Shown: positions 9,000-17,890 of the stretch, in pieces
Layout of the letters: each line of letters starts with the position of its first letter
How positions within the stretch are numbered: the stretch's first letter is position 1
NCBI GenBank assembly: GCA_965248445.1
Contig: CBDFJG010000001.1
Span: forward strand, 96,001-160,000
Direction: 5' to 3'
From: Planctomycetota bacterium
GTDB lineage: Bacteria; Planctomycetota; JAJSAM01; JAJVHW01
DNA length: 64,000 nucleotides
Position numbers and translations under genes: made by a program
Notes under the pieces: model-generated
What the model was told of the DNA's origin: nothing
Database searches by the model: none
The model's input: only the letters and a program-made list of their open reading frames with translations

Positions 9000-9251
9000 C
9001 ACGGGGATCGCGGTGCGATCCCCGTGGCGCGCCGTCGCGCCGATCATCCCCTCCTGCGCGGCCTCCGACCGCTACGGAGGTCTCCGGGCACGGTGAGTGC
9101 GCAGCACTCACCGTGCCCTCGCGATTCACGCAAACAGGTCGGTACACCCTCCTACGGGATCGCGGTACGCATCGCGCCGGTCATCCTGAAGAGACTCGGC
9201 TGTGGGGCGGGGCGCTGCCCCGCCCGCGAGCCGGCGAGGGCACTCTCGCCG
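9000..9251. repeat. Cluster of short-loop palindromes (REP/MITE-like)
   Basis: Perfect stems at 9000-9026 (12 bp), 9086-9118 (15 bp) and 9205-9225 (9 bp), plus 9062-9080 and 9232-9251. Segment 9043-9080 matches 35412-35450 inverted. Confidence 0.75.
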
Positions 9252-9259
9252 CGAGATCG

Positions 9260-9760
9260 CTACGCCGGCTTCTGCGGATCCATACCGACCCAGAGGTTCG
9301 CGCTGTTCAGCTCCGGGCGCCCCGCGCTCTTCAGATACAGGAAGAGCTGCATGCGGTAGGCCGGCAGGGTCTTCAGGACCATGTTGATCCACGCCTCGCC
9401 GACCGCGCACTTGCTGCCCCAGGGCAGCGACGCCTCGCCCTCGAGCGCGTGGCCGGCGCTCACGCGGCCTGCGATCTCGGCGACCTCGTCGGCCTGCGCG
9501 TCCATGCGCTCGGCGAAGTTCTCGAGTGTCACGTCCTCGGTTCGCGCCGAGTACCCCTGCGCGTGATCCCAGTTCTGCGTGTCGGTGTGGATCGCGGGGA
9601 TGACCGTCATCACGGTCATGTACTTCAGCAGCTCGCCGATCGAACGCTGGCCCTCTGTCGGCCGCCAATCGAGCTGCGCCGGGTCAACCTTGGTGGCCAA
9701 GTGCTTGATGATGCGCGTCTCCTCGCGCATGGATGCGACCCACTGTTCAGGCGTGATCAT
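9260..9760 (-). CDS. DinB/YfiT-like protein
   Basis: LDWRPTEGQRSIGELLKY and YRMQLFLYLK..G motifs; RBS GAGGAG. Confidence 0.75.
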   Translation of the reverse strand: MITPEQWVASMREETRIIKHLATKVDPAQLDWRPTEGQRSIGELLKYMTVMTVIPAIHTDTQNWDHAQGYSARTEDVTLENFAERMDAQADEVAEIAGRVSAGHALEGEASLPWGSKCAVGEAWINMVLKTLPAYRMQLFLYLKSAGRPELNSANLWVGMDPQKPA

Positions 9761-9837
9761 CGGGGATCTCCTCTGGTGACTCAGGGGCCGCCGAGCATAC
9801 CGGCCCCGATTGCAGCGCGGCTGCGTATCCTCCGCGC

Positions 9838-11655
9838 ATGGCGGATGACGGCTCCGGCCTGCTCGACCCCGTGGATCGTCCGATGCGGCGGCTGTTCCGC
9901 TACCTGCTGCCCCAGCGCGGCCGGCTGTCGTTCTCGGTCGCGTCGAGCATCCTGAACAAGCTATTCGATCTCATGCCGCCGCTGCTGGTGATGTGGTTCG
10001 TCGACATCGCCGGCGACAACCCGCCGGACTGGCTCGTGCGGCTGGCCGGCGACGGGGACCGTGGGCAAGCGGTCTGGCTGGGCGCCTTGTGCGTCGTGAT
10101 CTTCGCGTTCGAGAGCCTGTTCCAGTGGATGTACGGCTACGGGTTCATGACGCTCGCCCAGGACACGCAACACCGGCTGCGACTCGACGCGTACGAGACG
10201 ATGCAGTCGCGCGAGATGCGGTTCTTCGAAGAGCGCCGGCTCGGCCGGACTCTCTCCATGCTGAACGACGACGTCAATCAGCTCGAGCGTTTCCTCAACA
10301 CCGCGCTGTCCGACATCGTGCAACTGGTTGTGCTGGTGATCTTCGCGAGCTGGGCGCTCCTTGCCAGATCCACCGAACTCGCGATCGTGGGCCTCGTGCC
10401 GGTGCCGTTCATCATCTACGGCAGCCTGCGCTTCTCGAAGGCACTGGAGCCGCGCTACGCCAAGGTGCGCGTAGCAGTTGGGGAGCTCGCTTCGCGGCTC
10501 GAGAACAACATCGCCGGCATTCTCGTGATCAAGGGTTTCACCGCCGAGGCGAGCGAGCGCGAGCGCGTTCGTTCGGCGTCCGACGAGTACCGCCGCGTCA
10601 ACTACTCGGCCATCCGGCTCTCGACCGTGTTCGTCCCTCTGATTCGCATGGTGATCGCACTCGGGTTCGCGGCGTCGCTGGTGCTCGCCACGTGGTGGGC
10701 GGCGGCCGGTGACATCGAAGCCAGCACGATCGTGCTGTTCGGGATGATGATCCAGCGGCTGCTGTGGCCGCTGACGCGGCTCGGCACGACGTTCGACGAG
10801 TACCAGCGCGCTTCCGCCAGCGCGAAGCGCGTATTCAGTCTCCTCGACACGCCGTCCCGAGTGCGTGACCCGGAGGCACCCGCTGCATTCGACCGAGTGC
10901 GGGGCGACGTCGCGTTCGAGAACGTCAAGTTCGACTACCGGGGTGGCGAGAGCGTGCTCCGAGGTCTCAGTTTCTCGGCACGCGCCGGAGAGACGGTGGG
11001 CATCGCCGGTCCGACGGGTGCAGGCAAGTCGACTCTGGTCAAATTGCTGCTGCGCCTCTACGACGTCGACGACGGCGCGGTGACGATCGACGGTATCGAC
11101 GTGCGCACGGTGACGCAACGCGACCTTCGGCGGCAGATCGCTGTCGTCACGCAGGACGTCTATCTGTTCCACGGCACGATCCGCGAGAACATCGCGTACG
11201 GCGAACGGACGTCTGGCGGCACGCCGGACTTCGACGATGTCGTGCACGCGTCGCGCGTCGCACACCTGCACGAATTCGTGGTCTCGCTGCCGGGCGGCTA
11301 CGACACGATCGTCGGCGAACGCGGCATCAAGCTCTCCGGCGGACAGCGGCAGCGGCTCTCGCTGGCCCGCGCGATCCTGAAAGATGCACCGATCCTGGTG
11401 TTGGACGAGGCGACGTCGTCCGTGGACACCGAGACCGAACGGCGCATCCAGGAGAGCCTCGCGGAGATCACCGCCGGGCGCACGGCGCTCGTGATCGCGC
11501 ACCGGTTGTCGACGATCCGCGGCGCCGACCGCATCGTCGTGCTCGACCAGGGTCGCGTGGCCGAGGAAGGGAAGCACGACGAACTCGTGGCAACCGGCGG
11601 CCTGTACGCCGATCTGTGGAGCGTGCAGATCGGCACAGCCGAGGGCGTCGCCTGA
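9838..11655 (+). CDS. ABC exporter, fused permease/ATP-binding protein
   Basis: TM domain plus Walker A GPTGAGKS, LSGGQ and LVLDEATS. Confidence 0.95.
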   Translation: MADDGSGLLDPVDRPMRRLFRYLLPQRGRLSFSVASSILNKLFDLMPPLLVMWFVDIAGDNPPDWLVRLAGDGDRGQAVWLGALCVVIFAFESLFQWMYGYGFMTLAQDTQHRLRLDAYETMQSREMRFFEERRLGRTLSMLNDDVNQLERFLNTALSDIVQLVVLVIFASWALLARSTELAIVGLVPVPFIIYGSLRFSKALEPRYAKVRVAVGELASRLENNIAGILVIKGFTAEASERERVRSASDEYRRVNYSAIRLSTVFVPLIRMVIALGFAASLVLATWWAAAGDIEASTIVLFGMMIQRLLWPLTRLGTTFDEYQRASASAKRVFSLLDTPSRVRDPEAPAAFDRVRGDVAFENVKFDYRGGESVLRGLSFSARAGETVGIAGPTGAGKSTLVKLLLRLYDVDDGAVTIDGIDVRTVTQRDLRRQIAVVTQDVYLFHGTIRENIAYGERTSGGTPDFDDVVHASRVAHLHEFVVSLPGGYDTIVGERGIKLSGGQRQRLSLARAILKDAPILVLDEATSSVDTETERRIQESLAEITAGRTALVIAHRLSTIRGADRIVVLDQGRVAEEGKHDELVATGGLYADLWSVQIGTAEGVA

Positions 11656-11733
11656 CTGCAGCCTGCCCGACGGAAGACTTGGCAGACCCGCCGCGGATTG
11701 GCGATGCTCTCGACAGCGATCGGAGAGATGCCC

Positions 11734-11889
11734 ATGGGTTCGTTGCTCAAAGAGTTTTGGCTCTTCATCAAGGCAGAGAAGAAGTGGTGGTTGACGCCCC
11801 TACTCCTCGTCATGGGTTTGCTCGGGATCGTCGTCGCCGTGGCCGCGCTCAACCCCGCGCTCGCGCCATTCCTCTATCCGCTGATGTGA
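11734..11889 (+). CDS. DUF5989-family small membrane protein
   Basis: EFW.F....KKWWL.P....L.......APFLYPL pattern; RBS GGAGAG at 11722. Confidence 0.85.
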   Translation: MGSLLKEFWLFIKAEKKWWLTPLLLVMGLLGIVVAVAALNPALAPFLYPLM

Positions 11890-12022
11890 TCAACGCCCTG
11901 TTCCACCTCAGGGACGGCGAGGATGCCGCGACTCAGGTCTGAAGTTGACCTGGCGATAATCGAGCAGCCGTACACTCCGCCGACCGCCACGGCCTACGAC
12001 GGGAAACCGGCGCGCGCGACCG

Positions 12023-13420
12023 ATGCTCTTCCAGACACTCGAGTTCTTCGTTCTGCTCGCGGCGGTGATGCCGCTGAACCTGGTCTTGCGAGGCAAGGCG
12101 CGGCTCGGCTTCCTGCTGCTGACGAGCTACGTGTTCTACGGGTGGTTCAGCATCCCCCTGTGCGGGCTGATGGTGTTCTCGACCCTGCTCGATTTCACCG
12201 CGGCGCGTGGTATGACCGCGACGGACGACGAGCGCGTACGCAAACGCTGGCTGATCGCGTCGCTCGCAGGCAACCTCGGGATGCTGTTCGTGTTCAAGTA
12301 CACGAACTTCTTCCTCGAAACGGTCGGCGGCCTGTCGCAGTTGCTGTCCGGCACGGATCCGTTCCCGCGGTACGACATCATCCTGCCGCTCGGTATCAGC
12401 TTCTACACGTTCCAGACGCTCTCGTACTCGATCGACGTGTACCGCCGCCGCATCGACCGTCCGAGCGATCTGCTGACGTTCGCCACGTACGTCGCGTTCT
12501 TCCCACAACTGGTGGCCGGCCCGATCGTGCGCGCGAAGAGTCTGCTCCCGCAACTGCGTGATGGGCCGACGTTCAGTGAGAGCAACGTGCTGCGCGGCAT
12601 CGCGTTGGTCGGGTTCGGACTGGCGAAGAAGGTCGTCATCGCAGACAACCTTGCGCCCATGGTCAACGCGGTGTTCTCCGCGCCGCACGCCCACTCGCCG
12701 CTTGCGGTCCTCGTGGGCATCTATGCGTTCGCGTTCCAGATCTACTGCGACTTCTCGGGGTACTCCGACACGGCGCGCGGCCTCGGGTTCATGATGGGAT
12801 ACGACCTCGGGGACAACTTCCGCCAGCCGTACTTCGCGACGGGGATCCGCGACTTCTGGCGCCGCTGGCACATCTCTCTCTCGACGTGGCTGCGGGACTA
12901 CCTCTACATCCCGCTCGGCGGCAGTCGGGGGAGCGGACTGTTCACGATCCGGAACGTGATGATCACGATGCTCCTGGGCGGACTGTGGCACGGGGCGGCG
13001 TGGACATTCGTCATATGGGGTGCCATCCACGGGATCTGGATCGCGATAGAGAGAGTCGCCACCGGCAACCGCAAAGACGCCCCTGAACGGTCGCCGCTCG
13101 CGCGACTCGCGCTGCAATTCCTCACGTTCCAGGGCGTGTGCGTCACCTGGGTGTTCTTCCGCGCGACGGACTTCGGGAACGCGGCCGACGTGTTCGCGGC
13201 GCTGTTCCGCGGCGGCGACACCATCGTGCCGCTCGCGATGTGGCCGCTCGTGGCCATCCCGTCGATCCTGCTCGTGGACGCATTCGTGCAGCACGAGAGC
13301 GTCTGCGCGAGAGTGAGGGCTAGGCCGTTCCTCTTCTGGCTGACCGTGATCGTCACGCAGGCCCTGATCATCGCGTTCGGCGTGACGACCGCGACCGACT
13401 TCGTGTACTTCCAGTTCTGA
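12023..13420 (+). CDS. MBOAT O-acyltransferase (AlgI/PatA/DltB type)
   Basis: LPLGISFYTFQ, FFPQLVAGPIVR, FQIYCDFSGYSD, FWRRWHISLS and GLWHGA motifs; C-terminal FVYFQF. Confidence 0.95.
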   Translation: MLFQTLEFFVLLAAVMPLNLVLRGKARLGFLLLTSYVFYGWFSIPLCGLMVFSTLLDFTAARGMTATDDERVRKRWLIASLAGNLGMLFVFKYTNFFLETVGGLSQLLSGTDPFPRYDIILPLGISFYTFQTLSYSIDVYRRRIDRPSDLLTFATYVAFFPQLVAGPIVRAKSLLPQLRDGPTFSESNVLRGIALVGFGLAKKVVIADNLAPMVNAVFSAPHAHSPLAVLVGIYAFAFQIYCDFSGYSDTARGLGFMMGYDLGDNFRQPYFATGIRDFWRRWHISLSTWLRDYLYIPLGGSRGSGLFTIRNVMITMLLGGLWHGAAWTFVIWGAIHGIWIAIERVATGNRKDAPERSPLARLALQFLTFQGVCVTWVFFRATDFGNAADVFAALFRGGDTIVPLAMWPLVAIPSILLVDAFVQHESVCARVRARPFLFWLTVIVTQALIIAFGVTTATDFVYFQF

Positions 13421-13422
13421 CC

Positions 13423-14472
13423 GTGCCCGAACCGAACCATCTGCTGACCCTCCTCGCCTGGCTACGCCGCCGGGGGATCGCTCACGCCGTCGGCGGGCTG
13501 CTCGCGCTCATCGCCGTCGCGACACCGCTGGAGGGGCTGTTCCGCGCAACCGACCGCTTCGGGCTCGTGCATCCGCAGTTCGCGATCGAGTCGAAGAAGC
13601 GCGGACTGTGGGTCGGCAAACTGTGGACGCCGCGGGAGTTCATGGCGGTTTCGGGCTTCAACGAGGATGGCATCCGCGGCCCCTCGCTGGACGCCCGGCC
13701 GGGCGAGCGGCACAGAGTCGTCGTCGCCGGCGACAGCTTCGTCGAGGGGCGCCAAGTCCCACACGCGCGGACGTTCCCGATCGTCTCGCAGTCGGAGCTC
13801 GACGGCGTGCGCGTCGTTCCCGTGCGCGTCGGCAACCACGCGTTCCACGAGCGACCGGAGAGGTTCCTCGACTTCTACGAGCGCCTCTTCGACGGTGGCA
13901 ACGGCCGGCCGGCCGCCGACGGCGTGGTGTTCAGCCTCCGGGAGTGGCCGCTGGTCCAGACGCGCCCGCCGCGCCACGCGATCCAGAAAGCCCTGTTCAA
14001 CCGGAGCGGTCTTCGACGCTTCCTCGAGCGCTACTCGATCGCGTCACTGGATGTCGTGGCGTACACGTGCAGGCGGTTGCGAGAGTGGGCCGAGTCGTCC
14101 AACGTGTCGCTGGAAGGCACGGAGGCGGCCCGCCGCGAGACGACCGAAGCGATGATTCACTCGACGCTCGATGTGATCGAGGTGCACGCTCTCAAGGAGA
14201 AACTCCGCCTGGGCGTTCACTACATTCCCGCGGTGCCAGAGGTGCAGGCGGCGCGCCGGGGCATGCCGCCCTCGTGGCACCCCGTCGACTCACTACGCGC
14301 CATCTGCGCGGAACGGGACATCCCGTTCGAGGACGCCACGCGCGACGTCACCGAACACGGGGGGGCGAGTCCGTTCTTCGCGTACGACGGGCACCCCACG
14401 GAGGCCGGTCATCGCGCGATGGCTCCTAGCCTGGTGCGCTTGCTCGAACGGATGGGATACGCCCGCGACTGA
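13423..14472 (+). CDS. SGNH/GDSL-family (AlgJ/AlgX-like) acyltransferase/hydrolase
   Basis: GDSF block I and DGHP...GH block V; N-terminal TM; 2 bp after the MBOAT stop. Confidence 0.8.
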   Translation: MPEPNHLLTLLAWLRRRGIAHAVGGLLALIAVATPLEGLFRATDRFGLVHPQFAIESKKRGLWVGKLWTPREFMAVSGFNEDGIRGPSLDARPGERHRVVVAGDSFVEGRQVPHARTFPIVSQSELDGVRVVPVRVGNHAFHERPERFLDFYERLFDGGNGRPAADGVVFSLREWPLVQTRPPRHAIQKALFNRSGLRRFLERYSIASLDVVAYTCRRLREWAESSNVSLEGTEAARRETTEAMIHSTLDVIEVHALKEKLRLGVHYIPAVPEVQAARRGMPPSWHPVDSLRAICAERDIPFEDATRDVTEHGGASPFFAYDGHPTEAGHRAMAPSLVRLLERMGYARD

Positions 14473-14480
14473 CCGTCGAT

Positions 14481-15905
14481 TCACTGATCGCGAATGAGGT
14501 CGGCGGTAGCGAGTGACACGCCTTCGGGCGGGTCGTCCTTGTTCTGCTCCCACCACTTGCGGGCTGCCTTCGCCTTGCGGCGCCGCTCCGCGTGCGACTG
14601 ATCCTGCGTGACGTCGAAGTCCTCGGTGGTGATCTCGCGCAGCGCGAAGTTGGCCTGCTGCGCGACGTACGCCTCCTTGTCCTCGAGCGCGTCGATCAGG
14701 TATGGCGTCGCATTCCATGCCCTCAGCTGGCTGAGTGAGCGCGCGCATGCCCGGCGCACGAGGAAGTGTTTGTCGTTGACGAGCGCCGAGGACAGCGCGG
14801 GGATCGCGGCGGGATCACCCATCCAGCCGAGATCGTTCGCTGCAGGGAAGCGCACGCTGTCCTCGCCCGAATCGAGCAGCGCCTTCGCCAGGCGCGCCAC
14901 CTCAGCGTTGACCTCGGGCACGACCGGGCCGTTGCCTCCGGCCTCCATCCCCCCGCCCTCGACAGGAGGCTCTGCGCCGCCGCCGGCCGGCGGATCGGCG
15001 CGCTCGGGCGGCGGGACCGGACGCGACGCGACGTCACGCACGCGCTCTGACATCTCGTCGAGGCGGCCCTCGAGCCGGGACAGCCGACCTTCGAGTGCGA
15101 CGTCGGCCTTGGCGAGTTCCGTGCGGACGCCCACGAGCTCTCCGCGGATGGCGTCGAGCTGCAACTCCAAGTCGTCGGTCATCCGGTCGAGTCGGCGGTT
15201 CGTCGCCTCGCGCTGCTCGCCGCTCGTGTCAGCGGGGATGCGGGCCGTCATGTCCGCGAAGCGGGCATCGAGTGATTTCTCGAGCATCGCCACGCGGCCC
15301 TGCAGCGGGTCTTCCGTCTTCGACTTCATGCCGTCGACCATCTGCCCCACGCCATAACCAATTCCCGCGGCGAGACCTGCGACCAGTAAGAACATCACGG
15401 CCGAGCGCGCGAACCCGCCGCCACTACCGGACGATGCGCGCACGCGCACCACCGCAGCGCGGCAGTTCTGGCAGGTGACCTTGTCTCCCTCGCTGAGCGC
15501 CTTGCCCGTGACGACGTGCGAGTGCGGGACCATCGCCGCGCAGACGGTGCAGCGCAGCGGCCCGACCGGGTCGTCGGCCTCGACGTCCGCGGCCATCTCC
15601 GCCTCGACCGCCTCACGACGGGCGGCGCGTTCCCCGGGGTCGGCCTTCGTGCAGATGGCGCAGTGCAGGGAGCCGTACTCCCGCCGTGCCCGGCCGGAGC
15701 GCACGTCGGTCACGGGCACCGAGATGCGGCAGTTCGCGCAGAACAGGAGCTCCAGGTCACCACCTTCCGCGGTGTCGTCGCTGCCGGACTGCGCGGACCG
15801 ATGTTCAGCGCAGACGACCTTGCCGCTGTCGTCCCGCGCGTCGCCGGAATCCACCGTCGCGTTCGGCACGGACACGCCGCAGACATGACAGAAATGGAGT
15901 TCCAT
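14481..15905 (-). CDS. Membrane protein: three Cys-rich Zn-finger-like repeats, TM, coiled coil, C-terminal HEAT repeats
   Basis: CHVC..CAEH, CANC..CAIC, CTVC..CQNC; TM FLLVAGLAAGIGYG; HEAT VRRACARSL / LIDALED. Confidence 0.8.
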   Translation of the reverse strand: MELHFCHVCGVSVPNATVDSGDARDDSGKVVCAEHRSAQSGSDDTAEGGDLELLFCANCRISVPVTDVRSGRARREYGSLHCAICTKADPGERAARREAVEAEMAADVEADDPVGPLRCTVCAAMVPHSHVVTGKALSEGDKVTCQNCRAAVVRVRASSGSGGGFARSAVMFLLVAGLAAGIGYGVGQMVDGMKSKTEDPLQGRVAMLEKSLDARFADMTARIPADTSGEQREATNRRLDRMTDDLELQLDAIRGELVGVRTELAKADVALEGRLSRLEGRLDEMSERVRDVASRPVPPPERADPPAGGGAEPPVEGGGMEAGGNGPVVPEVNAEVARLAKALLDSGEDSVRFPAANDLGWMGDPAAIPALSSALVNDKHFLVRRACARSLSQLRAWNATPYLIDALEDKEAYVAQQANFALREITTEDFDVTQDQSHAERRRKAKAARKWWEQNKDDPPEGVSLATADLIRDQ

Positions 15906-16003
15906 GACCGTTCGCCCCTCCGTCGTAAGTCTACCGGGCATCGCTCCTCCGGGGCGCGGGCGTGGTTTCCCCTCGGAAGAGCCTCGACGCCGCAGGAGGC
16001 GAC

Positions 16004-16018
16004 GCAAGCCGCATGCCC
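16004..16018 (-). promoter_or_regulatory. Putative sigma54 (-24/-12) promoter for the Zn-finger/HEAT gene
   Basis: GGGCATGCGGCTTGC = GG-N10-GC with TTGC, about 100 bp upstream of the ATG at 15905. Confidence 0.6.
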
Positions 16019-16079
16019 CCCGCCACCGGAGCCATCTCCCCGGAGCCCCCCGCCCAAATCATCCCGCGCTCAGCTGCGC

Positions 16080-16160
16080 TCAGATCATGAGGAACAGCGC
16101 GACGACAAAGACCAGGCCTGCGAGGACCGGGAGTTCGGTGGCTGCGTGGCGAACGGACAT
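16080..16160 (-). CDS. Putative 26-aa single-TM peptide MSVRHAATELPVLAGLVFVVALFLMI
   Basis: RBS GAAGGA just upstream of the ATG, GC3-rich codons, hydrophobic C-terminal helix; below the ORF-track cutoff. Confidence 0.55.
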   Translation of the reverse strand: MSVRHAATELPVLAGLVFVVALFLMI

Positions 16161-16296
16161 GGGTTCCTTCCCGCCGACAGGGGCCGGTTCCGCCTCTCGT
16201 TGAGGGCGGTCTCCCGTCGAACGAGGGGAGCCTAGAATCCGGGTCCGACTGCGATTCGGGGTCCGGGAACGCTCCAGGCTCGGACGCCGGGGACGT

Positions 16297-16587
16297 TCAG
16301 TCGGCGTCGCTCACCCGCTGCTTCATCATTCGCCCGACCTTGAACTTCACGACGCGCTTGGCTGGGACGTCGACCTTCTCGAGCGTGCGGGGATTCTGGG
16401 CACGCCGCGCGGGACGCTCCTTGACCTCGAAGACGCCGAATTCGCGAAACTCCAGACGGTTCCCACGCGCCAGCTCGATGATGATCTCGTCGAGGAAGCG
16501 CTGCAGGATGTCCTTGGTGACCACCTTCGTCTGGCCGGTCTGCGCCGCAATGCGGGCGACGAGTTCCTTCTTCGTCACGGTCGCCAT
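16297..16587 (-). CDS. HU/IHF-family DNA-binding protein
   Basis: TKKELV..IA, RLEFREFGVFEV..R..R.AQNPRT and VKFKVG motifs. Confidence 0.95.
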   Translation of the reverse strand: MATVTKKELVARIAAQTGQTKVVTKDILQRFLDEIIIELARGNRLEFREFGVFEVKERPARRAQNPRTLEKVDVPAKRVVKFKVGRMMKQRVSDAD

Positions 16588-16678
16588 GGCGTGTCACGCT
16601 GCGGAGCCAGCCTCAGCCGGCGCCCTCGCGCCCCCCTACTGAACGTGCTTATCCTCGTACTCCAACTCGACTTAGAAG

Positions 16679-16708
16679 AACGTAGCGACCGCTTGGCCCA
16701 GGGGTCAA
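16679..16708 (-). promoter_or_regulatory. Putative sigma70 promoter of the HU/IHF gene
   Basis: TTGACC-N18-TACGTT on the minus strand. Confidence 0.5.
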
Positions 16709-16730
16709 GCGGGATTTTCGGCGGGAATCG

Positions 16731-17528
16731 ATGAGAGACGCAACCGGGGGGCTGCCGGATCGCGTCCGACTGCTGGGCACCGAGCCCGGAAGCGTGCCCG
16801 ACGGCAGCCCTCGGGAGGTGTATCGACGCCTCTCCGCGCTCTCCGCGGAGGTCCTCGCGGTCAGCCGCACGACGAAGACTGCGGTCGTCCAGATTCCCGG
16901 CGGAGGCGCCGCCGTGCGCAAGCAGTGGCGGTTCCCCGAGCCCCGCGACCGTCTGCGGGGTGCGTTCCGAACCACGTTCCTGGCTCGCTCGCCCGCGAGC
17001 CGGGCCTGGAGGGCCATGCGGGACGGCGGCCCGACCGGGTTCCATCCTCCCGCGCTGGCGGCGTTCGACGACCGTCGAGGCGGCGTCCTGCACGAGTGTC
17101 TGTTGCTGCTGACGTACATCCCGGGAGCCCGCGATCTCGCGATCTTCCTGCGCGACGAGCGGGATCCGGCGTCGCGGCACAGCGTGCTGACGGACCTCGC
17201 AGTCCGGCTGCGTGCGATGCACGACGCCGGGGTGGCCGACGGCGAGATGCACCCCCGCAACGTGCTCGTGGCGGAGGGCCGGACCTACAAGGTCGACTGC
17301 GCCCGTCAACGGCGCTTCGCGGGCGGCGCTCCGCGCCGCAGGCGCGCACACGACCTGGCCTGCCTCGACGTGGGACTCCTGCGGCTCGCCTCGCGCGTCG
17401 AGCGGGCACGGGCTCTTCGTGCCTACGCCCGCGACGTTGGGGATCTGCGTCCGCTCGCGCGGCGGATCGAGCATCTGCGCCGCGGACTCGCGGAGCGCGA
17501 GGAACGCCGTCTGCCGTCCGCGGATTGA
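16731..17528 (+). CDS. Lipopolysaccharide kinase (Kdo/WaaP/InaA)-family protein
   Basis: MHDAGV.DGEMHPRNVLV, KVDC and DLACLD motifs. The catalytic-loop Asp appears as Glu, so it may be atypical. Confidence 0.75.
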   Translation: MRDATGGLPDRVRLLGTEPGSVPDGSPREVYRRLSALSAEVLAVSRTTKTAVVQIPGGGAAVRKQWRFPEPRDRLRGAFRTTFLARSPASRAWRAMRDGGPTGFHPPALAAFDDRRGGVLHECLLLLTYIPGARDLAIFLRDERDPASRHSVLTDLAVRLRAMHDAGVADGEMHPRNVLVAEGRTYKVDCARQRRFAGGAPRRRRAHDLACLDVGLLRLASRVERARALRAYARDVGDLRPLARRIEHLRRGLAEREERRLPSAD

Positions 17529-17628
17529 GTCCGTCCGGCAACCACGATGCCGGTACGACCATTATCTCGTGAGAACGATCGTTGACGCCGTGGACGGCGC
17601 TCCCGCTCGGCCCGCACGGATCCGTCTC

Positions 17629-17643
17629 TGGTACGCCGTTCGC
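17629..17643 (+). promoter_or_regulatory. Putative sigma54 (-24/-12) promoter with no protein gene downstream
   Basis: TGGTACGCCGTTCGC = GG-N10-GC, close to the TGGCACG-N4-TTGC consensus. Confidence 0.55.
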
Positions 17644-17649
17644 TCTTCC

Positions 17650-17890
17650 GAGGGTGCGATCCCCTCAAGAAGGCGGCGTCAGGCGAGTCCCGTGCGGGGC
17701 CCTGGCGCCGTCGACATTTGGGGGGTGAGCGACGGCGCCGCGAAGCGGCGTGAGGATCGTCCCGCGGACGATCCGAGAGAAGCGAACGCGTAGCGGAGGC
17801 CTCCCGGCCGAAGCGGAGTGGGCAACGCGCTGAGCTGTCAAACGGGCGCGGACCACGTGTGCGAGCTGAGAGTCCGCAAACACGTACCGA
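17650..17890 (+). ncRNA. Candidate structured ncRNA (family unknown)
   Basis: Dense hairpins at 17650-17666, 17672-17712, 17736-17750, 17754-17774 and ~17855-17885 inside a 700-bp gap between convergent genes. Ends are approximate. Confidence 0.4.

Noticed and set aside
17650..17730. T-arm-like GAGGGTGCGATCCCCTC and GGGGGTGA suggesting tRNA, tmRNA or a cobalamin riboswitch
   Set aside because: No acceptor stem/CCA, no TTCGAC tmRNA 5' motif, no B12 box, and no RNase P or SRP consensus.
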